64,000 bases of DNA, taken from an uncultured Chloroflexia bacterium. GTDB taxonomy: Bacteria > Chloroflexota > Limnocylindria > Limnocylindrales > CSP1-4. Positions 40,501 through 49,093 of the stretch are shown piece by piece. Within the stretch, counting starts at the first letter, position 1. Every line of letters begins with the position of its first letter. Location: NCBI GenBank assembly GCA_963809595.1, contig CAWEKG010000002.1:724713-788712 (forward strand), read 5' to 3'. The notes under the pieces are model-generated. The model did not search any database. It saw only the letters and a program-made list of their open reading frames with translations, and had not been told where the DNA came from. Position numbers and translations under genes: made by a program.

Positions 40501-41591
40501 TACTGCCACTGGAACCGGCGCGCCGCGAAGCCGAAGCAGACTACGGTCCAGACCGGCCAGGACCGCGACGCAGACCCACAGCGGGGCATAGGCGACGCCG
40601 CCGACCATGACCTGGCGGAGGGCGTCCGAGAGGTAGGTCAGGGGCAGGAACCGGGCGACCGTCTGGAGCGCCTCGGGCATGACGGCGATCGGGAAGAACG
40701 TGCCCGACAGGAACATCATCGGGAACTGGACGGCACTGGTCATCCCGTTCGCCGCGTCCTCGGTCTTGGCCAAGCGTGGCGATCACGTAGCCCAGGGCCG
40801 TGAAGGCCAGCGAGCCGAGGATCGCCAGGGCGGCCATCCCCAGCAGGCTCCCGACGATCTGGACGTTGAAGGCCAGGACCCCGACGCCGACGATGAGCAC
40901 GAACTGGACGAGCGCGATGAGCATCCGCATGATCACGTTCGAGCCGATCAGCTGCCAGCGCCGGAGGGGCGTCGCGGCCAGCCGCTTGAGGATGAGCTTC
41001 TGGCGGTCGGCCACGATCGGGATGGCGGCGAAGATCCCGGTCTGCATGAGGGCCATCCCGAGGATGCTCGGGACCAGGTAGGAGACCGCGTTCAGGCGCT
41101 CGGTCTGGATCGGCCGGGGAGCGCTCGACGATCGCCACCGGGCGCCCACCGAGATTGACCTGGGCGATGACCCCGTTGACGTACGAGACCATCGTCCCGG
41201 CCGTCGTCTGCTGACTGGGGTCGATGTAGTAGGTGATCGTCGTCTGCCGGGTCGGGTCCAGGCCCGCGGTCGCGACGACCGCCGCGTAGCCCTTGGGGAC
41301 GACGATCACCCCCGAGTTCTCGCCCGTCTTCATCGCCTCGAGCCCGGCCTCCTGGGTCGTGTCGACGAGCTTGACATTGGGCGCCGAGGCGAACGCCGCC
41401 CGGAGCTGGGCGGACGCCGGCGAGGCGTCCTGGTCGACCCAGGCCACGGTGATCGTGCTGTCGCCCCCCGAGAAGATCGCACCGAACAGGACGACGAAGA
41501 TCAGCGGGAAGGCGAGGGTCCAGAAGAGCGCCTGGCGGTCGCGCAGGTAGCCCCGGATGTTGGCGAGGGTCAGGGCTCGAAGGGCCTTCAT
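40501..41591 (-). pseudogene. ABC-2 type transporter permease, three frame switches as assembled
   Basis: The segments are MKALRALTLANIRGYLRDRQALFWTLAFPLIFV... / ...IQTERLNAVSYLVPSILGMALMQTGIF...LAFTALGYVIAT / LAKTEDAANGMTSAVQFPMMFLSGTFFPI...APLWVCVAVLA / WTVVCFGFAARRFQWQ*. The switches are at ~41117, ~40775 and ~40555. Confidence 0.7.
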
Positions 41592-41601
41592 CGCGTTCCC
41601 C

Positions 41602-42537
41602 TCAGTCCCGCAGCGCCCGGCCGGTCAGCTCGAGGAAGACGTCCTCGAGGGTCGCCCGGCGAACGTCCAGGTTGCCCGGATCCACGCCCGCCTCGTCGGT
41701 CAGGGCGAGCAGCGCGCCGACCGTCGCCGGGACGTCCTTGGTGTACAGGAACGTCGTACCGTCGTCGGTCTTCACCGTCTCGACGGCAGCCAGCCCGAGC
41801 AGTCGCTCGACCGGCAGCTCGGGCAGGCTGTCGAAGCGGACCGCCCGCTCGTGGAACCGTCGGTCGATGAGCTCTCGCGGCGAGCCGTGCTCGAGGATCC
41901 GGCCGTGGTCCATGATCGCGAGCCGGTCGCACAGGTGGTCGGCCTCCTCCATGTAGTGGGTGGTCAGGAGGATCGTCTTGCCCTGATCGCGGAGCCTCTC
42001 GACCAGGTCCCAGAGAGACCGCCGGGCGGCCGGGTCCAGGCCGGTGGTCGGCTCGTCGAGGAAGACGACCTCCGGATCGTTGACCAGGGCGAGGGCGACC
42101 GCCAGGCGCTGGCGCTGGCCGCCGGACAGCTCCCGGGTGAGAGCACGGCGCCGCTCGCCGAGGTCGAGGAAGTCGATGAGCTCGTCGGTCGGGACGGTCC
42201 GGGCGTAGAAGCTCCGGAACAGATCCAGGACCTCGGTCACGGTGAGCTTCGGGTAGAGCTCGGCGGTCTGGAGGGTGACCCCGATCCGCTCCTTCAGCGA
42301 ATCCGGATCGGCGACCGCGTCGATCCCGAGGATCTCCAACCGGCCGGAGTCGGGCTTGCGCAGGCCCTCGAGCATCTCGATGGTGGTCGTCTTGCCGGCG
42401 CCGTTCGGCCCGAGCAGTCCGAAGACCTCGCCGCGCCGGACCTCGAAGCTGAGGCCGTCGACCGCCCGCACCTCACCGTACGTCTTGTGGACGTCCAGGA
42501 CGCGGATGATCGGATCGCCTGGGAACGAAGTCGTCAT
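41602..42537 (-). CDS. ABC transporter ATP-binding protein (ABC-2/DrrA-like)
   Basis: Walker A GPNGAGKTT, signature LSGGQRQR and Walker B VVFLDEPT. The start is ATG 42537. The gene is intact. Confidence 0.9.
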   Translation of the reverse strand: MTTSFPGDPIIRVLDVHKTYGEVRAVDGLSFEVRRGEVFGLLGPNGAGKTTTIEMLEGLRKPDSGRLEILGIDAVADPDSLKERIGVTLQTAELYPKLTVTEVLDLFRSFYARTVPTDELIDFLDLGERRRALTRELSGGQRQRLAVALALVNDPEVVFLDEPTTGLDPAARRSLWDLVERLRDQGKTILLTTHYMEEADHLCDRLAIMDHGRILEHGSPRELIDRRFHERAVRFDSLPELPVERLLGLAAVETVKTDDGTTFLYTKDVPATVGALLALTDEAGVDPGNLDVRRATLEDVFLELTGRALRD

Positions 42538-42637
42538 GTCGCCTCTCGTGGCCGGGACCCAGCCGTCGTGCCCTGGATTGTGCCAGCAGCGCTCGACGTC
42601 CGTCGCGAGCGGACATGCCGCCCCGAGCCGGCCCGGC

Positions 42638-43903
42638 TCAGAGCTCGAGATCGTTGCCCGGTTCGAGGGCCGCGACCGCCCCGGCCGACTCGGGCGCCGG
42701 AGCCCCACTCGCGAGATACGAGCTGAGCGCCGTCTCGAACCCGACGTCCCGCCCTGCGCGCTCCGAGAGGAGCCACTTGTGCTCGAGCACGTCGCAGTAC
42801 GTCTGGATCGGGTCGCGATCGGGTTCGACCGCCGCGGCCAACCGGACGATCGCCGGTTCGTAGAGCTCCTCGCGCCAGCGTCGGGCACCCTCGAGGCGGT
42901 CGACCGGCCGACCCTCGGACCAGGCCAACCAGGTCCGGTACTCCCGAAGGTCGTTCATCAGCAGGCGGGCCTGGCCCTCGAGGGCGACGATGCCGGTCCG
43001 CTCCTCGAGCTCGCGGGCATGGAACCGCCGGGTGGTGACCGCGACGCGGAGCCGGAGGCGACCGGTCCGATCGCCCGGCTCGAGCTCGATCTCGTCGATC
43101 GAGAAGCCGAGGTCGTTGAGCCGGCGGATCCGAGCCTCGATCGCGTGCCGGTCGCCGGCCCGCAGGTCGTGCTCGGCGTGGAGCTCGTCCCAGAGGGCCC
43201 GATAGCGGATCCGGACACCCTCGGCCGCGGAGATGGCGTCCTCGAAGTCGTCGTCGCGGCCCTGGAGCGCGGCGAGGTCGGCCAGCCCGAAGGCGACGTT
43301 CTCGACGAGGACCTCGAGGTCGTAGGCCCGCTGGCCGTCGGAGAGCGAGGGATGAACCTCGCTCGTCTCGGCATCGACCAGGAAGGCCTGGATCTTGTCC
43401 CCGTCCCGGCGGAAGAGCGTGTTCGCCAGCGAGCAGTCGCCCCAGTACACACCGGCCCGGTGAAGGTCCACCAGCAGCGAGGCCATGGCGTCGAGGAGCC
43501 GGTCGCGGTAGGCCACCGAGCCCGACGGCAGACGCATGAGCAGCCGCCGGTACTGAAGGGAATGGGCCAGGTAGGCGGTGACCAGGATCGCCTCGGACCC
43601 GTCGGCCGATTCGGCCAGCCCGACCGGTTCGACCGCCGGGAGCTCGATCGAGCCGAGGTGGCGAAGGACCTCGTACTCGCGTCGGGCGACCCCCAGCGGC
43701 TCCTCCTTGAGGGCGTACAGCCGGCCATCGTCGACGAGGAACCGGACGAGATGACGCGAAGGGCCGACCGGCAGCTCACGCAGGTCGTGGTCGGCCGCCG
43801 ACCACTCGGCGAGGGGCGTCTCCCAGGGCAGACCGATCAGACCCGGGGACGTCGTCCGTAGTCGGAGGTGAGGAAAGGGCGCCGGGGCCGCGAGGTCGCT
43901 CAG
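42638..43903 (-). CDS. DUF4032-type protein with Kdo/WaaP-like kinase fold; start codon unresolved
   Basis: LIGLPWETPLAEW...LYALKEE...VYWGDCSLANTLF...FLVDAETSE, and C-terminal CDVLEHKWLLSERAGRDVG. There is no in-frame ATG, GTG or TTG between the GNAT stop and the conserved N-terminus. A CTG at 43903 is the first candidate. Confidence 0.7.
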   Translation of the reverse strand: MSDLAAPAPFPHLRLRTTSPGLIGLPWETPLAEWSAADHDLRELPVGPSRHLVRFLVDDGRLYALKEEPLGVARREYEVLRHLGSIELPAVEPVGLAESADGSEAILVTAYLAHSLQYRRLLMRLPSGSVAYRDRLLDAMASLLVDLHRAGVYWGDCSLANTLFRRDGDKIQAFLVDAETSEVHPSLSDGQRAYDLEVLVENVAFGLADLAALQGRDDDFEDAISAAEGVRIRYRALWDELHAEHDLRAGDRHAIEARIRRLNDLGFSIDEIELEPGDRTGRLRLRVAVTTRRFHARELEERTGIVALEGQARLLMNDLREYRTWLAWSEGRPVDRLEGARRWREELYEPAIVRLAAAVEPDRDPIQTYCDVLEHKWLLSERAGRDVGFETALSSYLASGAPAPESAGAVAALEPGNDLEL

Positions 43904-44340
43904 AGCCGCTTCCGGAGGTAGGCGGTGACCGTCGCGTCGTAGCCCAGCGACTCGTAGAGGTGGCGCGCCTCGGCTCGATGATGGGCGGCGGTGACCTCGA
44001 TGAACGCCGCGCCGGCGTCGCGGGCGATCGCATCGGCCGCGGTCATCAGGTCGTGGCCCACCCCGCGCCCGCGAGCGCCGGCGTCGACGACGAGGGCGAG
44101 CACCCGGGCGATCGTGTCGTCGTGCTCGAAGCGGGGCATCAGGTGGACCGCCACGAAACCGAGGATCTCCCCCGCGTCCTCGGCCACCAGGACCGTTCCG
44201 GACCCCGCCGTGAAGCGCTCGATCCGGCCCACGATCGTCGACGCGGCGGCGGGATACCCCTCGTCGGTGAAGAGCGCGGCGATCCGCTCGGCATCGGCCG
44301 TGGTGGCGGCCCGGAGGACGACAGGCTGCGGGGCGATCAT
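43900..44340 (-). CDS. GNAT family N-acetyltransferase
   Basis: LALVVDAGARGRGVGHDLM (acetyl-CoA loop). It has an ATGA overlap with the upstream gene. Confidence 0.85.
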   Translation of the reverse strand: MIAPQPVVLRAATTADAERIAALFTDEGYPAAASTIVGRIERFTAGSGTVLVAEDAGEILGFVAVHLMPRFEHDDTIARVLALVVDAGARGRGVGHDLMTAADAIARDAGAAFIEVTAAHHRAEARHLYESLGYDATVTAYLRKRL

Positions 44341-44912
44341 GGCCCCGATGGTACCCCGTCGCCGTCATCGACGACCACCACGAGCACGGGCCGCGACCCC
44401 CTGCCGACCGCTTTGCCCTCCGACGGCGCCCGGGGATCCACGACGAGCACCGCCGCCCCGAACGGACCGGACCCGCGCCGGAGGGTGAGACCGGCCGCGG
44501 CGAGCCGCTCCAGGATCAGGCCGGCTTCCCCGGGATGGGACCCGATCGGATGGAGGACCGTGGCGTAGAGCACCGCCCAGCCCTCACCCCGTCGGGCGAG
44601 CGTCGCCGCCAGCCGACCCTCGGTCGAGGGTTCCAGGAGGACGACCGGCGGGACGGTCGCCCCGCTCACCGGTGGTCGGGTGAGGCCGATCCTGGCGGTC
44701 GCCCCGAGGAGACGGTCGAACGGCGCGTCGGAGAAGGGTCCAAGGTCGCGCAGCTCCCGAGTCGCCCGGTCGAGGTCGACAGTGGCCCAGCCGACCGCCA
44801 CGGGCCGGAGCGAGACGCCGTCCAGGTCGAGCGCGTCCTCGGGCAGGAGGACAAGCCCGATCGCGGCCGCCAGCTCACGCCCGACCGCCGACGGGTCCCG
44901 GCTGGCGTCCAC
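44337..44912 (-). CDS. hypothetical protein, possibly VOC/glyoxalase-like
   Basis: GTG ORF containing VGWATVDLDRA...VVLLEPSTEGRLAATLARRGEG. The family call is tentative. Confidence 0.5.
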   Translation of the reverse strand: MDASRDPSAVGRELAAAIGLVLLPEDALDLDGVSLRPVAVGWATVDLDRATRELRDLGPFSDAPFDRLLGATARIGLTRPPVSGATVPPVVLLEPSTEGRLAATLARRGEGWAVLYATVLHPIGSHPGEAGLILERLAAAGLTLRRGSGPFGAAVLVVDPRAPSEGKAVGRGSRPVLVVVVDDGDGVPSGP

Positions 44913-44930
44913 GACCCTCCTCGCGGCCGG

Positions 44931-45944
44931 TCAGGCCGGTCCGTCGACGACGAAGAGGGTCGCCCCGGACGGCAGGTCGATGACCGTCGGATCAGGCAGG
45001 CCGGCGGCTGCGTAGAGCGCTTCGTACCCGGCGTGATCCCACATCCGGGTCCCCTGGAAGACCTCGTCGAGCTGGATCCCCCAGAGCATGGCCCCGTCGA
45101 GCGCGCGCGACTCCTCGAGGCTGTCCGGCAGGCACCAGTCGAGGACCAGCAGCCGGCCGCCGGGTCGGACGACCGCCCGGGCCGACCGGAGGGCGCCGAC
45201 CGGGTCGACCAGCTCGTGGAGCGCATCCTGGATGTAGACGAGGTCGAACGCCGGACCGTACGGCAGGTCCGTCGGATCCCGGCTCTCGATGACGACACGC
45301 CCGCCCAGGCCGGCCTCGGCGACGTGACGCATAGCCCGGGCGACGTTGTCCGGCTCGAAGTCGACCCCGACCCCCGAGACGCCGGGGAACCGCCGGGCGA
45401 TGGCGACGAGCCAGCGCCCCCCACCGCACGCGACGTCGAGGACCCGGCCGCCGCCGGCGAGAGCGGCGGCGAGATCGGGCAGCGCGGCCAGGGCCTCCTG
45501 GAAGAAGACCGCGATGTCCTGGGCGGTGACCGCCTCGATGGCCCGGTGGAACCGGGGTGGACGCTCCGCGATGGGGCGACCGGTCCGGAAGAACTCGGTC
45601 ATCCGCTCCCAGTCGAGCGCACTCACGACGGTCGAGCTGAACTGACCGCCGAGGTACTCGGGCCGATCGTCGTCGAGGAGGATCCTGGCCACCTCGGGGA
45701 TGACCCGAGCCCGCTCTCCGTCGAAGTCGATGACGTCGACCGAGTGAGCCAGGCGGATCCAGACCGCGACCGGTCCGGGCTGGCAATCGACCTCCGTGGC
45801 GAGCGCCTCGGGGGTGAGTCCCGCTTCGGCGGCCGCCCGGAGGCGGGCGACGAGCCCGAGCTCGAGCCCGAGGTGGACGGCCCAGGTCCGGTAGAACCCG
45901 GCGAGGCTCCCCGCCAGCTCGTCGAAGCGGTCGTCGATCGACAT
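44931..45944 (-). CDS. class I SAM-dependent methyltransferase with N-terminal dimerisation/wHTH-like domain
   Basis: SAM motif I RVLDVACGGGRW, then DLVYIQDALHE and GGRLLVLDW. Confidence 0.8.
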   Translation of the reverse strand: MSIDDRFDELAGSLAGFYRTWAVHLGLELGLVARLRAAAEAGLTPEALATEVDCQPGPVAVWIRLAHSVDVIDFDGERARVIPEVARILLDDDRPEYLGGQFSSTVVSALDWERMTEFFRTGRPIAERPPRFHRAIEAVTAQDIAVFFQEALAALPDLAAALAGGGRVLDVACGGGRWLVAIARRFPGVSGVGVDFEPDNVARAMRHVAEAGLGGRVVIESRDPTDLPYGPAFDLVYIQDALHELVDPVGALRSARAVVRPGGRLLVLDWCLPDSLEESRALDGAMLWGIQLDEVFQGTRMWDHAGYEALYAAAGLPDPTVIDLPSGATLFVVDGPA

Positions 45945-46021
45945 CGTCCCGGGATTGTCGCATGTCGGCTCCTCTCGGCCGAGCGGGCTTCGGCCGTCCA
46001 GGGGTCCGGGCGGCCGGGGGA

Positions 46022-46048
46022 TGCAACCGCGTGGACCGCCGCCGTGTT
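46022..46048 (+). promoter_or_regulatory. weak ECF-type promoter candidate
   Basis: TGCAACC-N15-CGTGTT lies just upstream of the ECF sigma ATG. The spacer is 1-2 nt shorter than the usual GGAAC-N16/17-CGTT. Confidence 0.2.
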
Positions 46049-46059
46049 ATGAACCGGTG

Positions 46060-46764
46060 ATGGATGAGCCAGAGCTCCTCGAAGCCCTCGCCGCCGACCT
46101 CGATGGATCGTTCGAAACCCTCGTCCGCGCCCAGCAGGACCGGGTCTTCTCGATCGCCCTCCGTCTCCTGGGCGACCGGGCCGAAGCCGAGGACGCCACC
46201 CAGGACGCGCTCGTCCGGGCGTATCGGGCGCTCGGGACCTGGGACGGCGACCGGATCCGGACCGTCCGCCTGGGGGCGTGGCTGGCCACGATCACGGTCA
46301 ACGTCGTGCGCAATCGTCGACGCCGCCCCGCCGGATCGGGCGCCGCCGAGCCGCTCGAGTTCCTCGACGAGCTGGAGCACCCGGTCGCCGGCTCGCCCGG
46401 GACGCCGCACGACCGCGCCCTCCAGCGGGAGGCCGTTGAGGCCTGGGCCATCCGCCTCCTGGCCCTGCCCGAGCGCTATCGCGCACCTGTGGTCCTGCGC
46501 CACGTGGACGGGCTCGGCTATGACGAGATCGCCCTCGCCCTCGACCGGCCGGCAGGGACCGTCAAGGCCCAGGTCCACCGCGGGCTGGCCCTGCTTCGGG
46601 CGGCCATCGAGGCCGAATCCAGGGCACCGACCCAGGTCGGGACGGACGTCCCTCGACCCGGTGGCTCGATCGCCCGGCCGATGGCCAGGGGTCCGACCGG
46701 TCCCGTCGAACGCCCCGCCGATCCTCTCCCCGTCCCGAACCGCCTCCCGGAGGTGCCCCGATGA
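46060..46764 (+). CDS. ECF sigma-70 family RNA polymerase sigma factor
   Basis: Region 2: VFSIALRLLGDRAEAEDATQDALVRAYRAL...WLATITVNVVRN. Region 4: LPERYRAPVVLRHVDGLGYDEIALALDRPAGTVKAQVHRGL. A ~45-aa Pro/Arg-rich tail follows. The start is taken at ATG 46060. Confidence 0.88.
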   Translation: MDEPELLEALAADLDGSFETLVRAQQDRVFSIALRLLGDRAEAEDATQDALVRAYRALGTWDGDRIRTVRLGAWLATITVNVVRNRRRRPAGSGAAEPLEFLDELEHPVAGSPGTPHDRALQREAVEAWAIRLLALPERYRAPVVLRHVDGLGYDEIALALDRPAGTVKAQVHRGLALLRAAIEAESRAPTQVGTDVPRPGGSIARPMARGPTGPVERPADPLPVPNRLPEVPR

Positions 46765-47570
46765 CCCCGCTCGCTCCCCCGTCGCCCGACGACGCCACCC
46801 TTGCCGCCGACCTCGCCGAGCTCCGTATCGTCGCGCCGGCCGCGGTCCTGCCCCGGACCCTCGTCGAGCTGGGGCTGGCCGACGCCTACGGCTCGATCCC
46901 GTCGCCGATCGGCACGCTCTGGGTCGCCTTCAACGGTCTCGGCGTGGTGACCGTCGAGGAGGCGTCCGACCGAGCGTCCTTCGAGGCGCGCCATGCCGCA
47001 CGGTTCGGTCGGCCGGCCCACGCCGTCGCCGCCCTGCCGGCCCGCCTGGCCGGCTCGATCGATCGTCGCCTTGGTGGCGACCGACGGGTCCGCATCCCGC
47101 TCGATCTGCGCGGCCGGACGGAGTTCGAGCGCGACGTCTGGATGAAGGCCCTCGAGATCCCCCGGGGCGAGGTCCGGCCGTACGGCTGGATCGCCGCCGA
47201 GATCGGCCGGCCGCGGGCGGTCCGTGCCGTCGGGACGGCGCTCGGTCACAACCCGGTCCCGCTCATCGTGCCCTGTCACCGGGTGGTCCGGAGCGACGGG
47301 ATGATCGGGAACTACTCGCTCGGTGGGCCCGGCAACAAGCGGACGATCCTCAGCGCTGAGGGGCTCGACCCGGACGAGCTGGAGCGGCTGGCCCGGGCGG
47401 GGATCCGCTACATCGGGTCCGACACCACGCGGATCTACTGCCTGCCGAGCTGCCATCACGCCCGGCGGATCGACGAGCGCCATCGGGTCCCGTTCCGGTC
47501 CGCTACCGAGGGCGCCCGGAACGGATACCGCCCCTGCCGGGTCTGCCGCCCGACGGCGATCGCCGCCTGA
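46761..47570 (+). CDS. O6-alkylguanine-DNA alkyltransferase domain fused to a C-terminal Ada-type Cys4 zinc domain
   Basis: ATGA overlap with the sigma gene. MGMT motifs: TEFERDVWMKALEIPRGEVRPYGWIA and GHNPVPLIVPCHRVV. C-terminal module: RIYCLPSCHHARRIDERHRVPFRSATEGARNGYRPCRVCRP, with four Cys spaced as in N-Ada. Confidence 0.85.
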   Translation: MTPLAPPSPDDATLAADLAELRIVAPAAVLPRTLVELGLADAYGSIPSPIGTLWVAFNGLGVVTVEEASDRASFEARHAARFGRPAHAVAALPARLAGSIDRRLGGDRRVRIPLDLRGRTEFERDVWMKALEIPRGEVRPYGWIAAEIGRPRAVRAVGTALGHNPVPLIVPCHRVVRSDGMIGNYSLGGPGNKRTILSAEGLDPDELERLARAGIRYIGSDTTRIYCLPSCHHARRIDERHRVPFRSATEGARNGYRPCRVCRPTAIAA

Positions 47571-47668
47571 GACCTGGGCCGGCAGGTCCGCCGGCCACTG
47601 ACGGGCTGACAGATCACCGGCCACTCCTGGGACAGCACGTGCGGGGAGCGTGAGCCGCCTATCATCAC

Positions 47669-49012
47669 GTGATGGCTCGACGAGCCGACGTGCGGTACGC
47701 CTGGAACGGCGACGTGGCGCTGGCCTACCAGGTCTTCGGCGCTGGGCCGGTGGACCTCGTCTACCTGCAGGGGTACGCGTCCCACATCGACCTCAACTGG
47801 GACAGCCCGTACCTGGCGAGGTTCCTGCGCGGACTCGGCGAGCGGGCGCGGGTCATCCACACGGACCGGCGTGGCTGGGGCTGCTCCGACCGCTTCTCGC
47901 CGGGGGACGTCGCTCCGCTCGAGGTCCAGGTCGACGACCTGGTCGCAGTGATGGACGCGGCGGGCTCCGAGCGTGCGGTGATCTTCTTGTCGGACGACAC
48001 CTGTCCCACCGGTGTGCTGTTCGCGGCGACGTATCCCGAGCGGACAGCCGGCCTCGTCCTAGTCGACCCGATCTTCGCCTGGTACGACACCGAGGATGCG
48101 CGACGGGAGTGGGCGGACATCAACGCCCGAGTGCGCCGCGAGTGGGGGACGCCCGCCTATTTCGGCGAACACTGGCATGACGAACGCGAGCAGCATGACT
48201 GGTATGCGCCGTGGTGCCGGGCGAGCATCGCCCCGGGAGCGCTCGCCGCCGAGTCGGATGCATTCGGCGGGGTCGATGTCCGGGACGTCCTCTCCTCGAT
48301 CCACGCGCCGACGCTCCTCGTAGGCAGCTCCGAGGGGAGTGAGAGCATCGGCGATCCGGTTGCAACCAACGCGCGCGCTTTTCAGGCCGGGATCCCGGGC
48401 TCGCGACTGATCGAGCCGACGAGAGAGGGCGGCGCCTCGTGGCATCACTGGTACGCCCGTGGCTCTTCGATCCTCGCGGCCGTCGGCGACCTGATCGCCT
48501 CCATCCGGGAGGAGGAGACGTCCTTCGACCGGGTGCTCGCCACGGTCCTGTTCACCGACATCGTCGACTCCACCGCCACGGCCACGGTGCTGGGCGACGC
48601 GAGCTGGCGCAAGCTGATCGACGAGCACGACCGCGCGGCCAAAGCCCTGGTGGCGAGGTACCGGGGCGAGTACATACACTCCACCGGCGACGGCCTCCTC
48701 GCCACGTTCGACGGCCCGGCCAGAGCCGTCCGCTGCGCCCAGGCGATCATCGAGGCGGCGAGGCCCCTGGGGGTCGAGATCCGGGCCGGCCTCCACACCG
48801 GCGAGGTCGAGCGTGCCGACCACGGGGTCGCCGGGGTGGGTGTCCACATCGGGGCCAGAGTCGGCGCCATGGCCGGTGCCGGCGAGGTCTGGGTCAGCTC
48901 CACCGTCAAGGACCTCACCGCGGGCTCCGGTCTGGCCTTCGAGGATTGCGGCGAGCACGAGCTCAAGGGCGTCCCGGACCGCTGGCACCTGTACCGAGTC
49001 CCGCGATCCTGA
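47669..49012 (+). CDS. alpha/beta-hydrolase-like domain fused to a class III adenylate/guanylate cyclase domain
   Basis: Cyclase core: LATVLFTDIVDSTATATVLGD...YIHSTGDGLLATFDGPARAVRCA...IRAGLHTGEVE...GVHIGARV. In the N-terminal hydrolase fold, the nucleophile elbow reads FLSDDTC rather than GxSxG. ATG 47672 is an alternative start. Confidence 0.85.
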   Translation: MMARRADVRYAWNGDVALAYQVFGAGPVDLVYLQGYASHIDLNWDSPYLARFLRGLGERARVIHTDRRGWGCSDRFSPGDVAPLEVQVDDLVAVMDAAGSERAVIFLSDDTCPTGVLFAATYPERTAGLVLVDPIFAWYDTEDARREWADINARVRREWGTPAYFGEHWHDEREQHDWYAPWCRASIAPGALAAESDAFGGVDVRDVLSSIHAPTLLVGSSEGSESIGDPVATNARAFQAGIPGSRLIEPTREGGASWHHWYARGSSILAAVGDLIASIREEETSFDRVLATVLFTDIVDSTATATVLGDASWRKLIDEHDRAAKALVARYRGEYIHSTGDGLLATFDGPARAVRCAQAIIEAARPLGVEIRAGLHTGEVERADHGVAGVGVHIGARVGAMAGAGEVWVSSTVKDLTAGSGLAFEDCGEHELKGVPDRWHLYRVPRS

Positions 49013-49093
49013 TCGCGGACACCGGACGAGGCGTCGCCGCCACGAGTAGGGGGCTGCCCGACCCGCCTTCGAGGTACCACTCCAGGACGCTGC

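Noticed and set aside
47664-47673. Perfect 10-nt palindrome ATCACGTGAT spanning the cyclase start codon.
   Set aside because: It is short, overlaps the GTG/ATG start rather than a promoter, and has no second copy. It is probably chance.
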